Assembly (NCBI GenBank): GCA_977020255.1
Contig: CDROCS010006437.1
Span: forward strand, 1 to 64,000
Reading direction: 5' to 3'
Length of the DNA: 64,000 nucleotides
Source of the DNA: Obrimoposthia wandeli
Lineage: Eukaryota
Shown piece by piece: positions 29,821 to 40,500 of the stretch. The position numbers were made by a program, and so were the translations under genes. The notes below the pieces were generated by a model. The model ran no database searches and was not told the origin of the DNA. It was given only the letters and a program-made list of their open reading frames with translations. Position 1 is the stretch's first letter, and each line of letters begins with the position of its first letter.

Positions 29821-31081
29821 AACCTATATCAGTTCTAAAATTCATTTTATCAAAGCTTATTTTGTCAATATTTTTATAAGACTGACTTAAAGCTTCATTA
29901 AAATTATCTCCATAAGAAGTTATCGCAATTACTCTACCTCCATTAGTAACAACTTCATTTTCTTTAATTGTGGTTCCAGCATGAAACGCAATTGAATTTT
30001 CAATTGTATCCAAACCAGTAATTACTTTACCTTTTTCATAAGCTTCTGGATATCCACCAGAAACCAACATAACCGTACAAGCGCTTTCTTCTTTAAATTC
30101 TATCGTTTTAGAACCTAATTCATTTTTACCAGTTGCAATTAACAACTCTAAAAAATCACTTTTAACACGTGGAATTACAACTTCAGTTTCGGGATCTCCC
30201 ATTCTGCAATTGTATTCAATCACTTTTGGTTCGTTACCAACTTTAATAATTCCGAAGAAAATAAAACCTTTGTAAGGGATGCCATCTTTTTGCAAGCCTT
30301 CAACAGTTGGTTTAATCACCCTGTCTTCGATCTTTTTCATAAACTCATCACTTGCAAAAGGAACTGGAGAAACCGCTCCCATACCTCCTGTATTTAAGCC
30401 TACATCTCCTTCTCCTATTCTTTTATAATCTTTTGCGTTTGGTAAGTTTACATAACTCTTACCATCTGTTAAAACAAAACAACTAAGCTCAATTCCATCT
30501 AAAAATTCTTCAATTACAACTTTACTACTTGCTGCTCCAAATTTTTCATTGGCAAGCATTTCGTGTAGTTCATCTTTTGCTTCTTGTAAATCATTTAAAA
30601 TCAATACACCTTTTCCAGCTGCCAATCCATCTGCTTTTAAAACATATGGTGGATTTAGTGTTTCTAAAAAGTCAAAACCTGCTTCTAAATTTTCTTTTGT
30701 AAAACTCTTATAAGCTGCCGTAGGAACATTATGTCTGTACATAAATTCTTTAGCAAATTCCTTACTTCCTTCTAATTGAGCAGCATATTTTTGAGGCCCA
30801 ATAACAGCAACACTTTTTAATTTTTCATCATTTAAAAAGAAGTCATGAATACCTTTAACTAAAGGATCTTCAGGTCCAACTACTACTAATTCAATATTGT
30901 TATTTAAAACTGATTGTTTTACAGCATCAAAATCAATTGGGTTTACATCTAAATTTGTTCCAAACTGCATAGTTCCTGCATTTCCTGGAGCAATAAATAA
31001 TTTATCTAATAAATTACTTTCAGAAATTTTCCATGACAATGCATGTTCTCTACCTCCCGACCCTAAAATAAGTACATTCAT
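29810..31081 (-). CDS. purD: Phosphoribosylamine-glycine ligase
   Basis: ILGSGGREHAL, APGNAG, LEGSKEFAK, KADGLAAGKGV, GLNTGGMGA, EYNCRMGDPE, TNGGRV. Confidence 0.97.
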   Translation of the reverse strand: MNVLILGSGGREHALSWKISESNLLDKLFIAPGNAGTMQFGTNLDVNPIDFDAVKQSVLNNNIELVVVGPEDPLVKGIHDFFLNDEKLKSVAVIGPQKYAAQLEGSKEFAKEFMYRHNVPTAAYKSFTKENLEAGFDFLETLNPPYVLKADGLAAGKGVLILNDLQEAKDELHEMLANEKFGAASSKVVIEEFLDGIELSCFVLTDGKSYVNLPNAKDYKRIGEGDVGLNTGGMGAVSPVPFASDEFMKKIEDRVIKPTVEGLQKDGIPYKGFIFFGIIKVGNEPKVIEYNCRMGDPETEVVIPRVKSDFLELLIATGKNELGSKTIEFKEESACTVMLVSGGYPEAYEKGKVITGLDTIENSIAFHAGTTIKENEVVTNGGRVIAITSYGDNFNEALSQSYKNIDKISFDKMNFRTDIGFDL

Positions 31082-31135
31082 AAACTTTTATTCTTAACTC
31101 TTAATTGATTTAGTTTTTTATTAAATTCTAATAAC

Positions 31136-32824
31136 TTAAAAAATTTGTTCTAATATTTTCTCTGTTATCACATATGTTGGTAAAACACCGGTAGTTCCTA
31201 ATCCTCCTGATGCAAGCGTACTTCCTGTTTCTAATGGATTATCCGATGCATAATATGCATAACGAACTTTTACTTTACTAGAAATATTTCCTCTAATTTT
31301 TGCAGCTGCCTGAATTGCTTTTTGATAATGTGCACCTTCCATTTCAAGACCAGTTACTTTCCAAGTAGAATCATAAAAGAATTTTAAAATATCTTTATTT
31401 TGAAGCGATGTTCCCAATACGGTTACCATTGCTCCAGAAGAAACATTTACACCACAACCTTCAAACATTTTCTTTTTCAATTCATTTTTAAAAGGGTAAT
31501 TATCTGCTGTCCCTTCAAAAACGTGTGAGGAAGGAATCATAATATCTCCTTTACCGCCTTCTAAAATACCTGCTTTTCCCATTATGGAAACAGACTCTAC
31601 TTTTAAATGATACTTTTTATTATTTTCACAAACATATGGTTTCAACAATTCATCCATCGTTTCATACGCTTGTTCTCCAAAAGCATAATCCATAACAATA
31701 AGAACCGGTTTTTCCTTATCTTCTAAACTATTATCAAGCGTATATCTAGTTTTATTTATATCAATTTTTTCAGTATCAATAATTTGAACATTAATATTAG
31801 TTCCAGAATGATCTTTTATATAAGTCAGACCATTTTCTGAAGCATATTTAATTACCTGATTACGTAAATCTTCATTTTCATCTTTACTTAACAATTCAAA
31901 AAGTGTAATTGAATTATTGTTTTTAATTTGTTGAGGAAGTACAATTGGTGCGTAAATAGAATTCATTACACTGTGCATATTTGCACTAATAATGTGGATT
32001 GGACGATTTAATAAATTTTGTTCATTTAGAACATCTTTAATATTATTTGCCCATTTTTCACCATAAATATGATGTCCAATTCGTTCTCTTAAAACTGGAC
32101 TAAATGTAATTGCTCTTTTAAGTCCATTAACCTTTTCGTTAATAGCAATATTTCCCAACCAATAAATTATTTGAAAAAAACGATCTGGATTTTCTTTTTC
32201 TGACAATTCTGCATGAACATTTTGAGTTTCTTCAAAAGTTCTTCCCAAAACACTTGCCATATGCGCTAATAAAATATCTCTGTCATCTCTAGATAATTCT
32301 CTATTATGTAATACTGTGTCTTCAAGTTTTTTCCATTCTCTAAGTGTATCAGTATTATTCTCTATAAGAACATTATTCGCTATTTTATGAGATTCAATAA
32401 ATAAAAATGTCAAATGAGTTAAAATATCATAGATTTCAGATCTTCCACGAGTAACTTCAATATTCATTTGATCCTTATCAATTCTAAAACAATTTCTTCT
32501 TCTTTTTGGTGGAATAATTGATTTAAAATGTGAATTTGAATATCCCTCATCAGCCGTTAAATTTACATATCTACATTCTTCAATTCCTGCAGGTAATCTT
32601 TCAATAACATATACCAAACCATTAAGTTCTACTTTTTCTTCAGCTATTGATCCATAAATTTCAGGACGAAGTAATAACAAAGATTCTCTTAAGGCATCTC
32701 CAGATATTCCCATTGGTTTGTAAAAACCACGACTAAATAAATGACGCATTGAAATGTATAATCTTTCAATTGCTTTTGATGATTCTTGAGCTCTAGTTCT
32801 TCCTATATTTTTTGACTTTGACAT
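31136..32824 (-). CDS. Conserved Bacteroidota hypothetical protein (DUF6909-like) with a C-terminal nucleoside phosphorylase/AMP nucleosidase-like region
   Basis: IMGKAGIL..GDIMIP, EGTADNY, GLEMEGAHY, YYASDNP; -7 box on the minus strand at 32842-32849. Confidence 0.7.
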   Translation of the reverse strand: MSKSKNIGRTRAQESSKAIERLYISMRHLFSRGFYKPMGISGDALRESLLLLRPEIYGSIAEEKVELNGLVYVIERLPAGIEECRYVNLTADEGYSNSHFKSIIPPKRRRNCFRIDKDQMNIEVTRGRSEIYDILTHLTFLFIESHKIANNVLIENNTDTLREWKKLEDTVLHNRELSRDDRDILLAHMASVLGRTFEETQNVHAELSEKENPDRFFQIIYWLGNIAINEKVNGLKRAITFSPVLRERIGHHIYGEKWANNIKDVLNEQNLLNRPIHIISANMHSVMNSIYAPIVLPQQIKNNNSITLFELLSKDENEDLRNQVIKYASENGLTYIKDHSGTNINVQIIDTEKIDINKTRYTLDNSLEDKEKPVLIVMDYAFGEQAYETMDELLKPYVCENNKKYHLKVESVSIMGKAGILEGGKGDIMIPSSHVFEGTADNYPFKNELKKKMFEGCGVNVSSGAMVTVLGTSLQNKDILKFFYDSTWKVTGLEMEGAHYQKAIQAAAKIRGNISSKVKVRYAYYASDNPLETGSTLASGGLGTTGVLPTYVITEKILEQIF

Positions 32825-32922
32825 ACTTATTTTTTGGGATTCAAAGATACAAATATTCTAATTATAGTTTTTTTAACCTTTGGACAAACTCCGATTCTCA
32901 ACTATAAAAAAGGTTTTTATAA

Positions 32923-34557
32923 TTATTGTAAAATTGAATTATACTTTTTTGAATTATTTAATAGTGAATTCGCTTCTTTTATTGCTGGATCAAACTTTGA
33001 TTTTTGTTGATAAACTCCTTCGCTATAATAATAACGCTTTACTATTTCACTTGTTAATTTATCAAGAATTTCAGATTTATTCTTATCCAATTCATTGTTT
33101 TTTTCTTCTTCAATTTTAGTCAATAAATCTTTATATAGATTATCTAAACTACCATTCAAATTTTCTGAAACTGCTTTTTCCTTTGCCTTTTTAAATTCAG
33201 CTTCTGTTTTAGTTTCAAAACTATCGTTGTTCTTTTTTAAATAATTTTTAAGATTGCCAAAATCTACATCTTTTAAATGAAATTCAGTTGGTGAAGAAAT
33301 CGTCTTATTTTGATAAAAATAGTTTGTTGCATAATTAAAAAATGCTTCAGATTTATATAATGTCTCAGTGGTCTTGGTGGTTTTCTCTTTTTTAATTTCT
33401 ACATCAGGTAAAATACCACCACCACCATAAACAGTTCTTCCAACAGCTGTTTTAAAAGTTTTTCTACCTACATCTGAAAACTTAGGTATATTTCCTTTAT
33501 CATCTCTATTTGTATAATCTAATTCTTGGATACATCTTCCACTAGGTGTATAATATTTAGAAATCGTGATTTTCATTTGAGCTCCATACGAAAGCGGTCT
33601 GTAACGTTGTACCAATCCTTTTCCAAAAGAACGTTCACCAATGATAACTGCTCTATCATAATCTTGTAAAGAACCTGCTAAAATTTCTGAAGCGGAAGCT
33701 GACCTATTATTAATTAAAATAGCAAGAGGCATTTCCAAATCTAACGGTTCTTCTCTTGTTTTAAAAGTATTGCTCCATTTTTTTATTTTTGCTTTTGTAG
33801 TAACTATAATTTTATCTTTAGGTAGAAAAAAATTTGAAATTTTAACGGCTTCAATTAATAAACCTCCCGGGTTACCTCTAACATCAATTATAAGTTTTTT
33901 CATTCCTTCATCTTTTAATTCAAGGAATGCTTTTTTCACTTCAAAACTTGCTTTTTCATTAAATTTTGTAAAAGCTATATAACCTACTTCGGCATTTAAC
34001 ATTGTGTAAAAAGGAACCGGATTAATCTCAACTTTTTTCCTAGTTACAATAACGTTACTCTTTTTATTTTGACGTTCTATTTGAAGGTTAACTTTTGTAT
34101 TAGGTAAGCCATTTAGTAAAGCCGAAACACCTTTCCCTTCAAATTCATTCACTACAATTTCATTAATTTTTAAAATTTTGTCACCAGGTTTTAAACCTAC
34201 TTTTTCAGCCGCAGAATTTTTATAAACTTCACGAATTGTAATCGTTTTATTTTTATATTTTGAAACAATACCAATGCCTCCAAATTCACCTGTTGAAGCT
34301 ATACGAGCATCTTCTACTCCCTGCTCATCATAATATCTTGTATATGGGTCTAAATTTTGAAGCATATGGTTAACCGCATTATTAGTCAGTTTGGCAGGGT
34401 TAACTTCATCAATATAATACATATTCAATTCCTTGAATAAAGTGGTGTAAATATCAATTTGTTTTGCTATTTCAAAAAAATCAGATTGAAAACCTATCGA
34501 AATTACTATTGAAAAACCAACAATTATGGTTGTTAATAGTTTTTTAGTCTTGTTCAT
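32923..34557 (-). CDS. S41 family C-terminal processing peptidase
   Basis: LDPYTRY, PDZ region, IIDVRGNPGGLL, SASASEI, GERSFGKGLVQ, YYTPSGRCIQ. Confidence 0.93.
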   Translation of the reverse strand: MNKTKKLLTTIIVGFSIVISIGFQSDFFEIAKQIDIYTTLFKELNMYYIDEVNPAKLTNNAVNHMLQNLDPYTRYYDEQGVEDARIASTGEFGGIGIVSKYKNKTITIREVYKNSAAEKVGLKPGDKILKINEIVVNEFEGKGVSALLNGLPNTKVNLQIERQNKKSNVIVTRKKVEINPVPFYTMLNAEVGYIAFTKFNEKASFEVKKAFLELKDEGMKKLIIDVRGNPGGLLIEAVKISNFFLPKDKIIVTTKAKIKKWSNTFKTREEPLDLEMPLAILINNRSASASEILAGSLQDYDRAVIIGERSFGKGLVQRYRPLSYGAQMKITISKYYTPSGRCIQELDYTNRDDKGNIPKFSDVGRKTFKTAVGRTVYGGGGILPDVEIKKEKTTKTTETLYKSEAFFNYATNYFYQNKTISSPTEFHLKDVDFGNLKNYLKKNNDSFETKTEAEFKKAKEKAVSENLNGSLDNLYKDLLTKIEEEKNNELDKNKSEILDKLTSEIVKRYYYSEGVYQQKSKFDPAIKEANSLLNNSKKYNSILQ

Positions 34558-34930
34558 TTTTAGAGATTTTAATTAAAAATTTTTCACAAACATTTTGAAT
34601 AGCTAACTCTAAATCAGCATATTTAATTTCTTTATTTGTCGTATAAACAAACATAAAGATATATTGTTCATTTATATTTTCGGTAAATAAATGTTTGTTT
34701 TTTCTAAATACTTCACGCATTAATCTTTTAATTCTAATTCTATTTACTGCTAGTTTTACGGATCTCTTTGGAACCGTAAACCCAACGCAAAAAGGAGAAT
34801 TTGAATCAAGTTTTCTTTGCAAATAAACCAATTGAAAAGGATAAGATTTTACACGTTTTCCTTCTGCAAATAATTGTCCTATAAGTATTTTACTTTTTAA
34901 TTTCTCTTCTTTTCCTAAGGTAAATCTCAT
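34544..34930 (-). CDS. rnpA: Ribonuclease P protein component (likely start ATG 34930)
   Basis: MRFTLGKEEKLKSK, GFTVPKR..KLAVNRIRIKRLMRE (RNR-like motif); -7 box TACATTTG at 34936-34943. Confidence 0.92.
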   Translation of the reverse strand: MRFTLGKEEKLKSKILIGQLFAEGKRVKSYPFQLVYLQRKLDSNSPFCVGFTVPKRSVKLAVNRIRIKRLMREVFRKNKHLFTENINEQYIFMFVYTTNKEIKYADLELAIQNVCEKFLIKISKNEQD

Positions 34931-35025
34931 TAGCACAAATGTAATCAATAAAAGAATTTAAAAAATCAATTTCTAAAAGACTTTAATTGTTAAATTTGTG
35001 TACTAACAAAAATTAAAAAAAGAGA

Positions 35026-36204
35026 ATGTCACAAGATTTATTTCAAGCTCCAGATTATTATCAATTGGATGATTTACTTTCTGAAGAGCATATTTTAGTA
35101 CGAGATGCAGCACGTGAATGGGTAAAACGAGAAGTTTCACCTATTATTGAAGAAGCTGCACAACAAGCTAAATTTCCAACTTCAATAATTAAAGGATTAG
35201 CAGAAATTGGTGCTTTTGGACCTTATATTCCTGAAGAATATGGAGGAGCAGGATTGGATCAGATTTCTTATGGTTTAATTATGCAAGAAATTGAAAGAGG
35301 TGACTCTGGTGTTCGTTCTACTGCATCTGTACAATCTTCATTAGTTATGTATCCTATTTGGAAATATGGTAGTGAAGAACAAAAACAAAAATTTTTACCA
35401 AAACTAGCTAGTGGTGAATTTTTAGGTTGTTTCGGATTAACCGAACCTGATCACGGATCTAACCCTAGTGGTATGGTTACAAATATTAAAGATATGGGTG
35501 ACCACTATATCTTAAATGGTGCAAAAATGTGGATTTCAAATGCACCTTTTGCTGATGTGGCTGTTGTTTGGGCTAAAAATGAAGAAGGTAGAATTAAAGG
35601 ACTTATTGTTGAAAGAGGAATGGAAGGATTTACAACTCCAGAAACACATAATAAATGGTCGTTAAGAGCTTCATCAACTGGTGAATTGATTTTTGACAAT
35701 GTGAAAATTCCAAAAGACAATATTTTACCTAATAAAGATGGTTTAGGAGCACCACTTGGATGTTTGGATTCTGCCAGGTATGGAATTGCTTGGGGAGCTA
35801 TAGGAGCTGCAATGGATTGTTATGATACTGCATTACGTTACTCTAAAGAACGAATGCAATTTGGAAAACCAATTGGAGCGTTTCAACTTCAACAAAAGAA
35901 ATTAGCTGAAATGATTACTGAGATCACAAAAGCACAATTACTGACTTGGCGTTTGGGAACATTAAGAAATGAAGGTAAAGCAACTTCTGCTCAAATTTCA
36001 ATGGCAAAACGTAATAATGTTGAAATGGCAATAAATATTGCAAGAGAAGCACGTCAGGTTCTTGGAGCAATGGGTATTACTGGTGAATATTCAATTATGC
36101 GTCATATGATGAATTTAGAAAGTGTAATTACGTATGAAGGTACGCATGACATTCACTTACTAATTACTGGATTTGATGTAACTGGTTTATCTGCTTTTAA
36201 ATAA
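35026..36204 (+). CDS. gcdH: Acyl-CoA dehydrogenase, glutaryl-CoA dehydrogenase-like
   Basis: ERGDSGVRS, GCFGLTEPDHGS, NGAKMWISN, ARYGIAWG, ITYEGTHDIH; -7 box TAAATTTG at 34991-34998. Confidence 0.8.
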   Translation: MSQDLFQAPDYYQLDDLLSEEHILVRDAAREWVKREVSPIIEEAAQQAKFPTSIIKGLAEIGAFGPYIPEEYGGAGLDQISYGLIMQEIERGDSGVRSTASVQSSLVMYPIWKYGSEEQKQKFLPKLASGEFLGCFGLTEPDHGSNPSGMVTNIKDMGDHYILNGAKMWISNAPFADVAVVWAKNEEGRIKGLIVERGMEGFTTPETHNKWSLRASSTGELIFDNVKIPKDNILPNKDGLGAPLGCLDSARYGIAWGAIGAAMDCYDTALRYSKERMQFGKPIGAFQLQQKKLAEMITEITKAQLLTWRLGTLRNEGKATSAQISMAKRNNVEMAINIAREARQVLGAMGITGEYSIMRHMMNLESVITYEGTHDIHLLITGFDVTGLSAFK

Positions 36205-36223
36205 AATATTTACACAATTAAGA

Positions 36224-36257
36224 ATAAAAAAAGCCTGCAGTTGCAGGCTTTTTTATT
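36224..36257. terminator. Bidirectional intrinsic terminator between convergent genes
   Basis: AAAAAAA-GCCTGC-agtt-GCAGGC-TTTTTT. Confidence 0.85.
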
Positions 36258-36265
36258 TATGATAA

Positions 36266-37552
36266 TTATTCTATAACTAGTTTTTTAACATTTCTACCTT
36301 CATCTGAATTTATTATTATAAAATAAACTCCAGCTTCCAAGTTTCTAGTTGATATTACATGTTTATTATCAATTAATCTAGATACTTGTTCAAAGTAAAC
36401 TTTTTGACCAATCATATTAGTCATAGTTATGTTAAATGTTCCAATACTCTTGTTGGTTAACTTTAATGTAATTTGTTTGATTGAAGAAGGGTTTGGATAT
36501 ATTGAAAACTCAATCTCCTCTACTTGATTAATACTAAGTGTTGATGTAACATTTACAGTTCTAATAACTTCATCGGCTGCATTTCCACTGGCATCTGCTA
36601 CATTGTATGTTACACTATAACTTCCTACTGCTGCTGTGTTTACTGCTGTGGAAACTATTGTTGCTGTTAAGCCTGTATCATAATTGTCTGAAACTGTAGC
36701 GCCAAGTTCTGTGTACGCTGTGCCTACTTCAATAACCTGTGGAGTTGCTCCATCTAAAGTAATCACTGGTTTTTCTGTATCTACTACATTTACCGTTCGT
36801 ACTACTTGTGTCGCTGCATTTCCACTGGCATCTGCTACATTGTATGTTACACTATAACTTCCTACTGCTGCTGTGTTTACCGCTGTGGAAACTATTGTTG
36901 CTGTTAAGCCTGTATCATAATTGTCTGAAACTGTAGCGCCTAGTTCTGTGTACGCTGTGCCTACTTCAATCACCTGTGGAGTTGCTCCATCTAAAGTAAT
37001 CACTGGTTTTTCTGTATCTACTACATTTACCGTTCGTATTTTCTGATCTGCAACGTTGCCATTGGCATCCGTTACATTGTAAGTAACACTGTAACTTCCT
37101 ACTGCTGCTGTGTTTACTGCTGTGGAAACTATTGTTGCTGTTAATCCAGTGTCATAATTGTCCGAAACTGTAGCCCCAAGTTCTGTGTACGCTGTGCCTA
37201 CTTCAATAACCTGTGGAGTTGCTCCATCTAAAGTAATCACTGGTTTTTCTGTATCTACTACATTTACCGTTCGTACTACTTGTGTCGCTGCATTTCCACT
37301 GGCATCTGCTACATTGTATGTTACACTATAACTTCCTACTGCTGCTGTGTTTACTGCTGTGGAAACTATTGTTGCTGTTAAGCCTGTATCGTAATTGTCT
37401 GAAACTGTAGCGCCAAGTTCTGTGTACGCTGTGCCTACTTCAATCACCTGTGGAGTTGCTCCATCTAAAGTAATCACTGGTTTTTCTGTATCTACTACAT
37501 TTACCGTTCGTACTACTTGTGTCGCTGCATTTCCACTGGCGGCATCTGCCAT
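36266..37552 (-). CDS. C-terminal fragment of the giant gene: four DUF5011-like Ig repeats + T9SS CTD
   Basis: [11 protein letters not shown]...VRTVNVV x4, then FSIYPNPSS...KKLVIE. Confidence 0.85.
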   Translation of the reverse strand: MADAASGNAATQVVRTVNVVDTEKPVITLDGATPQVIEVGTAYTELGATVSDNYDTGLTATIVSTAVNTAAVGSYSVTYNVADASGNAATQVVRTVNVVDTEKPVITLDGATPQVIEVGTAYTELGATVSDNYDTGLTATIVSTAVNTAAVGSYSVTYNVTDANGNVADQKIRTVNVVDTEKPVITLDGATPQVIEVGTAYTELGATVSDNYDTGLTATIVSTAVNTAAVGSYSVTYNVADASGNAATQVVRTVNVVDTEKPVITLDGATPQVIEVGTAYTELGATVSDNYDTGLTATIVSTAVNTAAVGSYSVTYNVADASGNAADEVIRTVNVTSTLSINQVEEIEFSIYPNPSSIKQITLKLTNKSIGTFNITMTNMIGQKVYFEQVSRLIDNKHVISTRNLEAGVYFIIINSDEGRNVKKLVIE

Positions 37553-40500
37553 ATGTTACTATAAATTCCTACTGCTGCTGTGTTTACTGCTGTGGAAACT
37601 ATTGTTGCTGTTAAGCCTGTATCATAATTGTCTGTAACTGTAGCGCCGTGTGTATGCTGTGTGCCTGTCTCCATCTGAAGTAATCACTGGTTTTTCTGTA
37701 TCTACAACATCATTTACCGTTCGTACTACTTGTGTCGCTGCTTACCACTGGCTACATTGTATGTTACCGCTATAACTTCCTACTGCTGCTGTGTTTTACT
37801 GCTGTGGAAACCATTGTTGCTGTTAAGCTGTATCATAATTGTCTGCTGAACTCTAGTTCTGTGGTATGCTGTGCCTACTTCAATCACCTGTGGAAAAAGT
37901 AATCACTGGTTTTTCTGTATCTACTACATTTACCATTCGGGTTACTTGGATCGCTGCATTACCACTAGCATCGGAAACATTGTATGTTACACTATAACTT
38001 CCTACAACTCCTAGGTTCACATCTGAAATATCAATCGTTGCTGATAAGCCTGTATCGTAATTGTCCGAAACTGTTGCGTTAAGTTCTGTATAACTTGTTC
38101 CTACTTCTATAATCTGTGGAATTGCTCCAGCATAGTTTTTCTGTTTTTCTGTATCTGCTACATTTACCGCGTACTACTTGTGTCGCTGCATTACCACTCG
38201 GCATCTGCTACATCATGTTACGCTGTCCTGCTGCTGTGTTTACTGCTGTGGAAACTATTGTTGCTGTTAATCCAGTGTCATAATTGTCTGAAACTGTCGC
38301 GCCAAGTTCTGTGTACGCTGTGCCTACTTCAATCACCTGTGGAGTTGCTCCATCTAAAGTAATCACTGGTTTTTCTGTATCTACTACATTTACCGTTCGT
38401 GTTACTTGTGTCGCTGCATTACCACTGGCATCTGCTACATTGTATGTTACACTATAACTTCCTACTGCTGCTGTGTTTACTGCTGTGGAAACTATTGTTG
38501 CTGTTAAGCCTGTATCGTAATTGTCCGAAACTGTTGCGCCAAAGTCTCTGTGTACGCTGTGCTTGTTCAATCACCTGTGGAGTTGCTCCATCTAAAGTAA
38601 TCACTGGTTTTTCTGTATCTACTACATTTACCGTTCGTGTTACTTGTGTCGCTGCATTACCACTGGCATCTGCTACATTGTATGTTACACTATAACTTCC
38701 TACTGCTGCTGTGTTTACTGCTGTGGAAACTATTGTTGCTGTTAATCCAGTGTCATAATTGTCTGAATGTAGCTCCATCTAAAGCCAGTTATTTCTGTAC
38801 TTCATAAATTCCTAACCTGTGGTATCACAATTGTCTGCTCCATCTAAAAATCACAATGTTTTTCGCTGGATCTACTACATTTACCGCGTGTTTATGCTGC
38901 TGTTTTTGCTGATAAACCTGTAAACTACTGCGTATGTCGCGCTACTTACCGCTGCATTTGTGGAAACTATTGTTGCTGTATAAGCCTGTATGTGGAGCGC
39001 AAACTTCCGCTGCCTGTTTCCGCACAAGTAATTATCTGTTCTGTACTACTTGTGTCGCTGCAACCACTGGCATCTGCTACATTGTATGTTACGCTATATT
39101 CCCTACTGCCGCTCCGCTAAACTATTGTTGCTGTTAAGCCTGTATCCAAACTGTAGCGCCTAGTTCTGTGTGTGTGGAGTTGCTCCTAAAGTAATCACTG
39201 GTCTGCAGTGTGTTACACCGGCATCTGCTACAATGTTACACTATAACACTGCTGCTGTGTTTACTGCTGTGGATATTGTTGCTGTTAAGCCTGTATCATA
39301 ATTGTCTTGAAACCGCCAAGTTCTGTGTTGTGCCTACTAATCACCTGTGGAGTTGCCCGTCCAGTTGCTCCATCTAAAGTAATCACTGTATCTACTACAT
39401 TTACCGTTCGCCATTTCCACTGGCATCTGCTACATTCTGCTGCTACGCTGCAAACCATTGCCTGTATCAGCTGTAGCGCCTAGTTCTGTGCATGCTGTGC
39501 CTGTGGAGTTGCTCCATCTAAAGTAATCACTGGTTTTTCTGTATCTTCTACATTTACCGTTCGTGTTACTTGTGTCGCTGCATTACCACTGGCATCTGCT
39601 ACATTGTATGTTACGCTATAACTTCCTACTGCTGCTGTGTTTACTGCTGTGGAAACTATTGTTGCTGTTAAGCCTGTATCATAATCTGAAACCAGCGCCA
39701 AGTTCTGTGTACGCTGTGCCTACTTCAATAACCTGTGGAGTTGCTCCATCTAAAGTAATCACTGGTTTTTCTGTATCTACTACATTTACCGTTCGTGTTA
39801 CTTGTGTCGCTGCATTTCCACTGGCATCTGCTACATTGTATGTTACACTATAACTTCCTACTGCTGCTGTGTTTACTGCTGTGGAAACTATTGTTGCTGT
39901 TAAGCCTGTATCATAATTGTCCCGTTCTGTGTAACTGTAGCGCCTAGCCTCGTGTAGTTCTGTGTATGCTGTGCTCATTTCAATCTTGTGGAGGAGTTGT
40001 TCTCCAGTCTGCTCCAAAAGTAATCACCACTGGTTTTTCTGTATCTTCACTACATTTACCGTTCGTGTTACTTGTGTCGCTGCATTTCCACTGGCATCTG
40101 CTACATTTGTGTCGCGCATGTTACGCCATATAACTTCCTACTGCTGCTGTGTTTACATTGTGCTTAAACTATTGTTGCTGTTAGCTATAACTTCCTACTG
40201 AAACTATGTGTTTGCCGCTGTGGATAATTCATTGTGTATCATAATTGAAACTGTTAAAGCTCTGTGTACGCCAATGTGCCTAACCTTCTGTGTACGCTGT
40301 GCCTATAACTGTGGAGTTGCAATCTGCTTCATCTAGTTGCTCAGTGTTTAAAGTAATCACCTGGTTTCCGGAAACTTAGCGCCCTGTGTACTGTATCTAC
40401 TCATTTTTGGTTTTTCTGTATCTACTACATTTACCGTTCGTGTTACTTGTGTCGCTGCATTACCACTGGCATCTGCTACATTGTATGTTACACTATAACT

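Noticed and set aside
24189-35720. Short opposite-strand ORFs (24189, 26459, 28162, 30897, 32880, 33770, 35505)
   Set aside because: All lie antisense to well-supported genes and lack recognisable features.
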